NCBI GenBank assembly: GCA_012295275.1
Contig: CM022670.1
Coordinates: forward strand, 34,596,001-34,660,000
Length of the DNA: 64,000 nt
Source: Chrysomallon squamiferum
Lineage: Eukaryota > Animalia > Mollusca
Direction: 5' to 3'
The translations under genes and the position numbers were made by a program. This document shows positions 1 to 11,898 of the stretch, piece after piece; within the stretch, counting starts at the first letter, position 1; the number at the start of each line of letters is the position of its first letter. The notes beneath the pieces were generated by a model. It did not search any database. It worked only from the letters and a program-made list of their open reading frames with translations, and had not been told where the DNA came from.

Positions 1-3000
1 CAGAGTTTGTTCTAATATAAACCGAACTAAAGGTGCTCTAGGAATCCAAGCACACACCCACCCAGAGCTATGCAGAGATTTTAATATGAATAGCAAACAT
101 TTTAGTCATCATATTATATTATAATACTTTTTATAATAATGGAAAATGCTTAACATATCAGATGTCTTCAAACCACTCATATTCAAAGTGTTGTCTAATT
201 AACTAGAATGTATATACTATACTTTTTTAATACATGTCAATGAGTGCTTTTACAATGTAAGACTTTTTTTAACCAAAACCCAAAGCAAATAATAGTTATT
301 ATATTCAGTATAAGCAAGGTAGAACTTTTTATATGCAAAATGAATGTAACAGTTATATATGATATATATAATATAACATATATTTTATAGTAATGGAATC
401 TGCTAAACGTATCAGACTTCTTCAAATACTACAATACCAAATCTAATCTGAGAAACATAGTAAACCTAGGGTTGTAATTAGAAAACATTATGCAACATAC
501 AGAATAAACTGCTTTCTGATTTCTTAATATAACATTCACACTATATTTGTCATGTATATATATGTGTACAGCTTCATAGTGGACAGAGCTTTTTTCAGTA
601 ATAACAAACTTTACAAAATTGTGTAATATCATTATGTTTGCTTCAGATGAAGCCATGACAAATGCAATCTGACAAACCAAGTAGCCAACACACTGGACTT
701 CTTTAAACAAACAACAAACATTACAGTCTTATGTGAAAATAAGACAAATTATATAATAAATAATGGAATTTGGTAACATTAGACCTTTCTATGTATCTGT
801 ATGAGTGAGTGAGTGATTATGGAGTTTAACATCACAGCAGGAATCTTTCACCCATTTGAAACCATAAATCTTTATTAATAAAAAAAAAAGTATTTTCTTA
901 TACTTTTTGATATAGAAATTACTTAGTAAAAACTTGTTTTCTTGAAGTGTGAATCAAAATGTTTATGTGTTATCTTTAAACTTTATCTGATGTTATACAA
1001 ATACTATAAATAATACATACAATAATAAGAAATGTTTCTTATATTTAGCTGTCTACAACAGAAATTTCCTTTGTTGCTAACTAATTAATTGACAAAACAT
1101 GGCATTAAAATAAATGTATAAATTATTAAATATGTCTGATTTATATTAGATTTGTGTGGTGATATTTATTATTTATTTATGTTTTTGTAAAGGATATGTG
1201 ATAAATACAAACAAACAAAAAATGAAAAAAGATACTTAAAAATTAAATAATGAACTGTCATGGAGGAAAAAATCAATCAACCTTTTAATAATTCTTCTTT
1301 TTTTTTTGGAATAGAGGGTAATTATTTTTTTTATTTTTTTTTTAACCATCTGATCTGATAATCTGACCGTAATTCCATGTTTTCTAAATAAAACTACTTA
1401 TCCAGTTCCCATATCATTCTTAGTTTTGTTTACAGATGTTGAAGTGTAGAGTGAATGAAGATTATTCTTATCAGGCTGTCAGGCAAGCCATATTAACATC
1501 ATGGGGGTCTTTAAACAACTAGAACATAAAGCCACGAGCAGTCTGAACTCTGGTCTAGGGACATCTACTCTTCTTGCCTCTGTAATAATATCTTACTGTG
1601 GATGATGCCAATCTAGACCTTGACCTTTTGCATTTTCAAGTTGAGATGGAACATTGTCTGTATATTGCATTAGTCACTGGTTTACACAGACTGAGTAGAA
1701 GGATAGAGGAAATTTTAACAACTGAAACTTTCCTTCTGTGAAATTCTTATTGTCAGTTACTATTTTATACACAGACCGAGTACGTGTTTATAGGAAATAT
1801 TTCTTCTACTGAAATGCACCTTGAATTAAAATCAATCAAAGTCTGTCAGTTTGAGGAACATAATTACACATCTGGTCTAACATGAAAACTCTAATTGCAC
1901 AAATATTTGGTTTTCTTGTAGTTCAAATCTTTATACTTGTTCCAAATGACTTTGTTAATGCTATAAACATAATAAATTTCTTTTTTTTTATTTTTTTTCA
2001 GTGACAGATTCTTATTGTAATATTCAGGGTTACAGTTAGGACTCATTATTAAAAAAAAAAAAAAAAAAAAAAAAACCCAGTAGAAATGAAAGCAAATGAA
2101 TTAAACAAACATGAATTTGACTAAAGTTTGGTGTTTAAAAGTTTAGCTTTGATCAGGAGTTTTAATAAAGTTTCACATATATTTAGGACTGCATTATGAT
2201 GACATCACTATTTGTTAGTAATGAAACAAATGATAACAAAATCTTTAACAAAACATTTTAAACTTATGTTCATGTTTATTTAAAGAAATAAAACTGTATT
2301 AAGCTTATTTAATTATCTCCATAAATAACTGAATCAACCAAGATACAAATTCAATTTTATCCTAGTAATAAAAACACACAAGAAAAGTAAAGATCAAAAG
2401 TATAAATAACATTATTATCCCACTAGTCAGTACCTGAAGAAAAAAAAAGTTTAAATGAAAAGCAATAAGACAACGATAGCAAATACTGATTAATCACAAC
2501 AAACAATGTTAAATGCCAAGTTTAATATGTAACATTTATAATGTTGAAAAGAAAACACTGGACTGTTTGTCAGGCTTTAGTGAAAGAGAAAGAATATTTG
2601 GGGAATTAGCAGAAGTAAAAATAAAAATAAAAATAAAAATAATAATTAAGTGAAAAAATGAAATAATAATGCTATTTCATAACAAACATCCTTTTTGTCA
2701 CCAACTATATATGTAAAATTTAATGTTTATCCTTTGAAAAAAAATTCATATAAGAAGACCATAAATCCCGGAGTACAATAATAATAAAGAAAATAGGATG
2801 GCCTTTTCTTTTTACATGTACAATGTAATTATGTAACTACAAAACCACAAACATTCCTTTACCTTAATCCTCAAAAACCTGTTGTGAGCTGTATAAATAG
2901 TTATCAAAAGATCTTTCAATAATCTCCTTGTAATATGTAGGCTTTATCAAGCAAATAAAAAAAGGCGAGTTTGTCTCAGGGTGTTACACAGGGAAACGGT

Positions 3001-3300
3001 TTTGATTATTTGTATGTGATTCAGATGCATAACATACTGAAGAACACACACACATTTAAACCAAACAAAACCACTCCTTCTCTCTCTTTTTTTTTTACAA
3101 TCCATACACACATTCATTTTCCTTATCCTTCATATTTTGTGCACAACACACACAAACATTTTACCCAAACAATAACATAAACAAAATATTACAATTATTT
3201 CCAATATTTCTTTTTAAAACATTTTTATGTATAATTATATCCAATATGAATAGGGTTTTTTTAATTTACAAATTGTTGTTTTTAAATAAAATACCAAGAA

Positions 3301-3350
3301 ATAGATAGATAGATAGATAGTTATATATATAGACAGACAGACAGACAGAC
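3301..3350. repeat. (GATA)n/(GACA)n compound microsatellite
   Basis: atagatagatagatag...agacagacagac seen directly. Confidence 0.9.
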
Positions 3351-3479
3351 AAATCCAAAGATATATATATAACAATTAAAATACACATCAAGTTGCCAAA
3401 GAATGAGAAGTAATCACCACAAAGATCTATTTACCAAAAAACCCAGAAAAATGTAGTAGAGATGACAATATCAACTTAC

Positions 3480-3930
3480 CTTCAAGCTCTTAACTCTTGC
3501 TTTCCACGAACTGAAGCACATCCAAGCAGTTTATCCAAATAAAACAATAAATAATTACAACTGTCTCAAGCATAAAATTTGTTAAAAAAAAATCAGTTAC
3601 TTTTCAGTCTCCAAATAAAAATGTCATTAACCAAAAAAATAAATAAAAACAATAACAACATAAATAATCAGCTGAATTAAATTTACAAAAGATGTCTGTG
3701 GTTTTTTTTTTTTAAAACCACAAGCAGCGTGTGTGTATAGTTTACAAACACTGACACACAATCACTAACATCCACCCTTTTTAACTTCTTTTTTTTTTTT
3801 TCCTTCTTCTTGTTTCTTTCACAACTTTTACAGTATTTAACTGCTTCCCTTCCTACTTTGTAACCACTGATGCCTGGTTTGCCCAAGCCTCGACTTAAAA
3901 CACAATCAGTGAATACATGCTAAAGAAGAG
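3480..3930 (-). other. Probable first exon of an unidentified minus-strand gene extending left of the window; may begin coding as MCFSSWKARVKSLK (ATG at 3521)
   Basis: Strong minus-strand donor AAG|GTAAGT at 3480/3479; an ATG at 3521 is open for 14 codons up to the donor (phase 0); TATA and CCAAT boxes lie just upstream. No downstream exon was identified. Confidence 0.35.
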
Positions 3931-3954
3931 AAGAAGGAAAAAAAAAGGCACACG

Positions 3955-3984
3955 TTTATAGGTTGACAGAAGAGTGTGACCAAT
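3955..3984 (-). promoter_or_regulatory. Putative Pol II core promoter (TATA box plus CCAAT box)
   Basis: Minus-strand TATAAA at 3960-3955 and CCAAT at 3980-3984 in a locally GC-richer patch, about 475 nt before the consensus donor at 3479. Confidence 0.35.
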
Positions 3985-4253
3985 GAGAGGCAGTTACAAG
4001 CAGTAGGCAATTATGTGCTAGTATTTGTCAACAGGTGAGTTATCCTCACTTGGCTGTGTGATTCATGATTTTCTGCCCCATTCGTGCTGTTCCATGAATT
4101 TTCACCAAACCTGTCTGCCAGTACACAAAGGATAGAACAGATTAACTGTATGGGGGTATTTCAAGTGCATCCTATCCAGTTCAAAATAACGTTTTTTTTT
4201 TGTCTTAAGGCACTGTTTTATTTATTTATTTATTTTTTTTATTTATTTTTTTT

Positions 4254-4319
4254 TATTATTATTATTGTTATTATTATTATTATTATTGTTATTGTTATTG
4301 TTATTGTTATTGTTATTGT
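4254..4319. repeat. (ATT)n/(ATTGTT)n microsatellite
   Basis: Direct reading; it explains the poly-Ile/Val spurious ORF 4084..4365. Confidence 0.9.
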
Positions 4320-5160
4320 AGAAATTACTAATGCTTTCTATCATGTTCCTGTTATTTTCTCTTAAGATATTATTTATTTATTTATTTGCTTTTTAAACTT
4401 CATGATATGAATAATTAAAAAAACGAACAGAGAAAGAAAGATCATTACTGATTAAAAGAATAAAATTAATTAATAATTGCTGAATCAGTAAAGAATAAAA
4501 AAAATATGTTAAAAATGACTTTACCTTAGGATTTTTAATTTAATATTACTATTATTATTATTATTATTATTATTTCTTTATGGATTAAGTTATAACAAAT
4601 AAATATATAAATATGAAATTAATAATAATAATCATAATAAAAACATATCTTTTTACATCATCAGATTAAACCACAAATAAGTAAATTAAAAAGCAATATA
4701 AAACAAACACACCACACCTAAATAGGAGAATGTAAGAACATAAATATTCCCATAACAAACAAGCCATGAAATTGATTGCATTTTCTCAGTACTCATACAC
4801 TGGTGTTAAGTGTAGTCAGTGCCTCAGGCAAACCAATAAATAATGCTTGTTATCTAGTAAATGTAGATAAGCTAAGGTACAAACTTACTTAAGATAATGT
4901 GGTGTTCTTGTTAAACAGACATCTTAGATAACATGTCAAATTTGTCTACTTCAATGGCAGTAATCCTGGTCATGTAAACAAACAAACAAATGAAAAACAA
5001 ACAAACAAACAAATAAATAAATAAACAAATAAATAAATAAAATAAATAAAATAAATAAATAAACAAATAACTTTTACAACTTATTTACTTAACTGACTTA
5101 ATGAAAGTAACTGTATTTTGCACTTTAACAATACAATGCTTTTATTTTAAATGTAATAAA

Positions 5161-5188
5161 TGTGTGTGTGTGTGTGTGTGTGTGTGTG
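5161..5188. repeat. (TG)n microsatellite
   Basis: Direct reading. Confidence 0.95.
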
Positions 5189-7496
5189 AGCGCGAGCATG
5201 TGTGTGTCATGAATTGTTTAATAACAGTTATAAAAACATTTACAGCATATTAATAATGTTTTCTGCACATAATTACAACAACTTTTGTTTTAAGGCTGAA
5301 TAATACACTTATACAGAAAATGTGTGTACATTTTTATTCAGACTTTATATTCCATCTCTTATGTTTACTTTCTGACAAGAAGGGGTGGGGGGGAAAATAA
5401 ACTGCAGATAATAAAATAATAAATAAATAAATCAAAAGCTGACAACTCATTTCTAACAAATCACAGATGCCCCTACAGCTGTGGGACAGAAAAATATCCA
5501 TATGGAGAAGGAAAAAAAGTCATGCTCTAGTGGACATAAAAAAACGTCATTCTGTGTCATGACAGCTTGCAAGCGGTAGGGAGCATTCAGTTAGCTGATG
5601 TACCAATAGTAGCCAAGCATGGGCGATCCTCTGACCTTTCCCAGTGTCTGAAATCTTTCAACATCAGAATTTCCTTTTGTGTTGTAAAATATATTCAAGT
5701 ATTAAGTAAAGCGTCAGTGTGTTTTCGCCTGCCACATGTTCCCACATAAACCTATTAAGTCTTTGCCCGTGTTACTAAGAAAGGATAGAACAAGGAGGTT
5801 AATTTCCATAATAACACAAGAAAGAAAGAAAGAAAGAAAGAGAAAATCACATCTTGTATAAATATTCTGATACATTCTAAACATTCTACAAAACAAACAT
5901 TATTAGATTTCAAAGCTGGTGTGTCCTAAAATTGAAATTTAGATGTCAGTGGTGTTAGATGTCAAGAATGACATGTCCAAAAAACTGAAATGTAGGTATA
6001 ATTAGTATTAGGTATCAATTCCAGAAAATGATATTTACAGACTGATATTTTTAGTTTTGAATAATGATACATCCAAAAATATAAATTTTCAACACTGATA
6101 TATGAAGAAATGTAGTGATCCAGTAAGTACATTGCAGATTAATGACTAGAGTATGAATAAAATACGTAATTAGATATGGTTCTATAAACAAGTGTAATAA
6201 ACATAAAAATAGCTATAAGTGAATTTAAAATGATTTTAAAATAGTTAATTTGAAAAATTAACATGCTATAAATAAATGATTGTGATCTAGGTTGGTATAA
6301 GGATTCATATATCACAAAGTCATAATGAAAACACTGTATTGTTATTTAAAAGATTTAACATTTCTGAATCTATATCTTCCAACGTGTAGGATATTATTTC
6401 AATCCTTATAATTAAGAAATAATCATGACAAAAATAGAGAGCCTATTATAACATTACAGTTGAAACATTTGAAATTTAGGATTTTAAAGTACTGAAATGA
6501 TTTTATAAAGATCGATTCATTTTAGTAAATTTTTAGGGAAGAAAGGAAAAAAAAAGTGTAGTAATGCATGAATTACATATTAATCCTTTATTTCATCTTT
6601 ATCTGTAATTCAAGCTTTCAACCCTTTTCACCACTAACACGAACAAAGATACTGAATTACATTTCCAACAGTCAAACAATTAACTGAAAGAGATTCTCTT
6701 CAATTTTTGTACAATGAGTAACACAAAGTAGTGTCAGTTTTTCTCCTAGTGAACAAACAAACAAACAAGTGGTAAGAACATGTATTTAAAAAAAACCAAC
6801 GATAACAGCACTCTAACCAGTAATGTGTAACTTATTTATAATAAATCTGGGAAGAAAGGAGGAAGTATTTTTAAACAGTGAAGTGATTTCATACCAGATG
6901 TCTTTTTGTTAGCTGAATTTGCAAGAAAATAAAATTTTGACACAGATATAGCTATTTTTATCTTCAAAATTTTAATTACACAGTATAGATAATTGTCCAG
7001 TATATCCAAATTTATTGCTATTGTATTATAGTCCACTTCATTTAATGTAAATAAACAGTTGTTAAAGTCTTTTGATTTGATTTTAACATGTACCAAATAC
7101 CTGTCAGTGTTTAGTTAGGGTCATAGAAAGATAAAACAAATCAACACAGAAAGAAACTGATTCTAAGGAAGGTATTAAATAATAACATTTCTTTTTCCAA
7201 CTGAGATGTCTCATTTCTGTTACAGAAGTAAAATAGTGGGATGTGTTTTAAAATAATATTTCTTAAGTTAAATTTCTTATAAGAAGCAGACTATTTATTT
7301 ATTTATTTTTTTAATTTTTTTTTTTAAAAAGAAAAAAAAAAAAAAGCAACCACAAAAAATCCCCATCTAAATTAATAAAACAATCTCAAATATTTTTATT
7401 TTTTTTAAATATTATAATTGCTTCTCAGATATAAATAATACTTTTAAATCCTGAATCTTTATTTTTAGTCATCAGAAGTGTGTTATTCTTCTGCTT

Positions 7497-7497
<1 letters not shown>

Positions 7498-7557
<60 letters not shown>
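7498..7557. repeat. (TAA)n microsatellite
   Basis: About 20 perfect TAA units. Confidence 0.95.
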
Positions 7558-7558
<1 letters not shown>

Positions 7559-8920
7559 CAACTTATAGGGATTGTTCAACCAAACTTTGTGGAATTCTGT
7601 TAACAACATTCAATACTAAAAAAAGTTTACTATATGACAGATAGCAAAAATTGAAATGGACTCATTAACTGGAGAAGAAGAAAACAAAAAAGGTTGAATT
7701 ATCCAATTACAAATCACTACAAACATTGTTCATCCATCATGTCAAAAAAAGGACAAATGGGAATAAACAGCATAGTTACTTAATTAATATAATTTAACTG
7801 TGTGTGTGCATACTAATAACTTTTTCAGTATGATTTCTCTGTATGTATGTGTATTTCTTTGTGAATTCAGTGATTTCAGCTCTAATTTTTTTTGGTTTCA
7901 TAGAGTTTCCTGCTTAATTTGAAATATATGTCACATAATTATTGTTTGTCACTCAGTTTTCTTTCAAATTTTAATTTGTGTCAGTAACAGGCACAGAGAA
8001 TTAATTAAGTGCATTTTAGATTAACAGGCTGATACAGCAATATAAGGAAAAGAAATAATGAGTTCTTAAGAAGTGTGTCACAAAAACACATAATGCACAT
8101 TTGTTGTATAAGTCTGACATGTATAGCTTGACAGTAGAGTAGTTGATATATGATATGCATTAACATTTATTTAAAGATTATGGTCATCACTAGAGCTTCC
8201 TGGTTCAAGACAACACTAGGCAAGTTTACCATAGCACAATACATTTAGTTTCCTGTACTGATGTGTCATCAAACCCGATAAGAAAATCAACAAACTTATA
8301 ATAATTTGAAAATTCCTGTTTTAATGTTAACAAAGAAAGAAGAAATAGAAGAAAACTAACAACAAAAAAACCCCAAAACAACAGTATCAACATAGCTTAG
8401 CCTTGAATTTATTAATAATGGGCTATTTTAATGTTTTAATAAAGTCATTGTGTGTGAATAGTTCAGAATCTTTATGACAATATTGTCCTGAGTATTTGGC
8501 ACCTGTCCAACAAAAATACACTACAATATAAAATGATGCTTATTTATTTGAAATAACTTGCATATCAGTTGATACATATATATTCAAAAACAAAATGGAA
8601 ATATGTATCTACACTCAGTTTTAAATATGTACAATTATAAACTGATAATCTAGAAAGGTTTTAAACAGTATGTTCAATGCATTTATTTAACAGTATGATT
8701 AAAATGTGACATTACCTCATACAGAACCACATGCAATATATACCTTACTATACTAATTACATACTTGTAATCAAATACTAAGAAGTTGGAATTATAAGTT
8801 AAAGAATTGTATTAATATTTTTTCTCTGAGGAAACCCTGCTGTCAGAATGTGTTACTGAAAGGAAAAATTAATTATTATACTAAGGAAAGACTTCATTTC
8901 TTTTTCTAAATATCCATTAT

Positions 8921-8924
<4 letters not shown>

Positions 8925-8963
<39 letters not shown>
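8925..8963. repeat. (CA)n microsatellite
   Basis: Direct reading. Confidence 0.95.
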
Positions 8964-8967
<4 letters not shown>

Positions 8968-10129
8968 GTAATGGTAAGTCATTAATTAATTTATAGCCCA
9001 AGGTTAAAAAAGAAAACTTGCAACAACAAACTTGTCAAAATAATTTTTAAATCATTAACGTATGATTTATGTTACTTGATAGTACTTAAATGTCAAACTT
9101 CAGTAAGATAAAAGAGAAAAGAAAGTTCACCCATTCATTTCAAATTAATTGACTTGTTTTGTTGAAAACTGGAAGTAACAAAAATAGTAATTTATGGGGT
9201 TTTTGGGGTTTTTTTTTTTTTTTTTTGGCTACTGTTGGTTTTTTAAATTTATTATTTTTTTTTTTTTTTTTTACTTTTTGCATGTGTATTTGTGATATTG
9301 TAATTGATATTAAACAGTAACACGTTACAATTAGCTATGATGAAGGATACATATCAAATCATGACAAATTATATTCTCCATTTTATTGCTTCAAGATCAT
9401 TGGATGTATTAGTCCATTAGAAATATATTTTTAAATCTCTATGAGGTATTTAACAGCAATGCTTAAAATATCTTTTTGATAACAATTAGAATTAAATTAT
9501 ATCATAAAATATTTAAGCAAAGCTGATTTTGATTTACTGAGAATAATGTGAAATGACAATATTTAAAAACCAAAAAAAAAAAACACCAGTGGAAATATTT
9601 TTACTTCACTGCACTTACAGTGTATACCATTATTTGGTGAAAGTTATTTAAGTTAATTGTTCCTAATCCTATTACCTGTATCAATAACCAGTCATGCTTT
9701 TATTTAAACTGATTGAGCAATGGTTTTCTTTTATTGTATACCTATATACCTATAACTTATAAGTATAACTTAAGTTATAAGCATCTTATGCAAACTGAAA
9801 ATAGTATTATTACTTATTAAATTATAAATATGAAACAAATTGTGGATCGTTTTATTTACACATTTTATACAGACTATAGACTATAGAGTATAGTCTACAG
9901 CATATTATACGAACACATATAAAATATATTTTTAACAACAATAATACAAATCATATCAATTATCATATATAACATCAGCTTCTTATTGGCTGCTGTTTCT
10001 AAAATAATACTGACTCCAGACAGATGCTGACAGTAGCGAAAAAATAAATAAAATTATTATCAATATCAATATTATGATATAAAATTACTATTATCATGAT
10101 GAATTATTATGCATAAGCAAAAACTTGGA

Positions 10130-10460
10130 GTTTAAACCTACCGATCGGAAAATTCGAAATGTCGTTTTCCTTTCTGGTGGGGACTTGACTAACCATCCTG
10201 AGTAAACTTTATGCTCTATTTTGTTCATCTTTATCAACCCCTTGAGTCAGGCAACATTTTTTTTCACATCGCAGACGGTAGGGAATATCCACATTTACGT
10301 CAAAAACATATCTTATGCCATTTACGAAAAAGAAAACAGGAACTCTTGTAAAACAAGATATACTACATTCTAAACAGCGTATGAAATTAATTGCTGTCAA
10401 TCTTATTTGATTTGCGATTTGATTTTTAAAAATCAATATTACTTTGTTGTCGAAACGATG
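10130..10460 (+). promoter_or_regulatory. CpG-retaining patch; likely CAPN15 promoter/non-coding first exon (candidate donor ACG|GTAGGG at 10277/10278)
   Basis: Local CpG enrichment (ccgatcgg, ttcgaa, tcgtt, atcgcagacgg) in otherwise CpG-depleted DNA, like the other promoters in the window; the CAPN15 coding exon begins at a splice acceptor (11841/11842), so an upstream exon is required. Confidence 0.4.
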
Positions 10461-11898
10461 ATTTGTCTAATGATAGAAAAAAAAAATCAAATTATAGAAA
10501 TTGGGTAATTGATAAAAAGCAACTATGTCAAATGTTACTGTTTCACACTACATATATTTATTATCAGATCATTTAAATATAAAGACTACTAAACGAACTG
10601 TAAAATAATTAATTATATAAATCTAAAATCTATTAGAAAAAATACTATAACACAAAATTTAAATATTTACATTTCTATATTTGCCATTATTACACATTAC
10701 AATACAATGAGAAAGTGAGGAATCAAATGATTAAACTTGTATCTACAAATTTGCGCCAGTGTTTGAAGTAGTTATAGAATAACCATATTAGCTATATGAT
10801 ATGAGTGCTAATTTTAAGTGGATATTCATTTTCATTATTAATTTTAGCAAGCAATATTGATGATACAGATGTTTAATTTGAACTAGCATTAAAAACAGAT
10901 ATGTTTTCAGGAGTATAGTATAAATATTAATTTTAGTTACAATAAGTTCCATTGGTTAGCCATTTGGAGCATTTAAACCAATCAAGCCTTCTATTATCTG
11001 TTTGGGTTTTGTTTGAGGAAGAGAAAAAATAAATGTGTAATCATGTATTTGATTGTGGTAAATGTTTTCTTATTTTTTTGGCTTCTTTATGTTACTTAGA
11101 CGATTACAAAATTATGTTTAAACAGCTAGCAGGTGAAATACAGACACATATGTATTCTGATTTCAAGCAATAGAGAAGTGAAAGTAGTTAATATGCGATC
11201 AAATATAATTTGCCATTTCTTGAAATAAGTTCTTTGCTTTTGCTGCTTTGCCTTTGCTAATATATAACTTATTTATAAGTAATTTTATGAATGTAACATG
11301 TACTGGGATTGTATATCAAAACCGAATTGTACATTTAGATTCTCTGCTGAAACGTTTCACTTTCAGGGGTTAACATTAAATTTTATGATATAATTTATAA
11401 GAATCATATCATTTTTTATTATCATCAAGGGAGTATAATGTTATAGTTAATCTATGTGAAAACTATACCGTCACTGTGACACATCTTAAATTCATTTAAA
11501 ATCACTCGTACAACATTATTGTTTTCCGTTATAACTTACAATGTTACATGCCATACATTTCTTGTAACCTATTTTAAACAGCTATAGTGTTCACTGATAC
11601 AAATAGTATTTATAAACTGTGATCATGTTATTAACATGTTATAAATGAAATAATAATATTAACAACAAATAATATTAACAAAAATTATTATTTTAAAATA
11701 TGTTTGATATTTATAGAAATTGAAGGAAAACAAATAAACTACTTTCTGTTATGTCAGTAGCTATGTGATTAGACTTTATAGTATTAATATACTATTTCTC
11801 TGTTTCATAATGTAATAATTATATTTTTTCTGGTTTCTCAGGTCAGTAAAGCTAGAGCAAAATGTTTTTAATGATGGAATTAATATGTGACATTTGGT

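Noticed and set aside
1646-1885. 79-codon ORF with one internal TGA (possible selenocysteine/readthrough)
   Set aside because: No recognisable protein family, no redox motif and no SECIS seen; compatible with chance.
4084-4365. Hydrophobic 93-aa ORF
   Set aside because: Produced by (ATT/GTT)n and T-rich simple repeats.
9751-9897. AT-rich palindromes (TATAACTTAAGTTATA; TAGACTATA..TATAGTCTA)
   Set aside because: Low-complexity AT-rich symmetry expected by chance; no further element structure.
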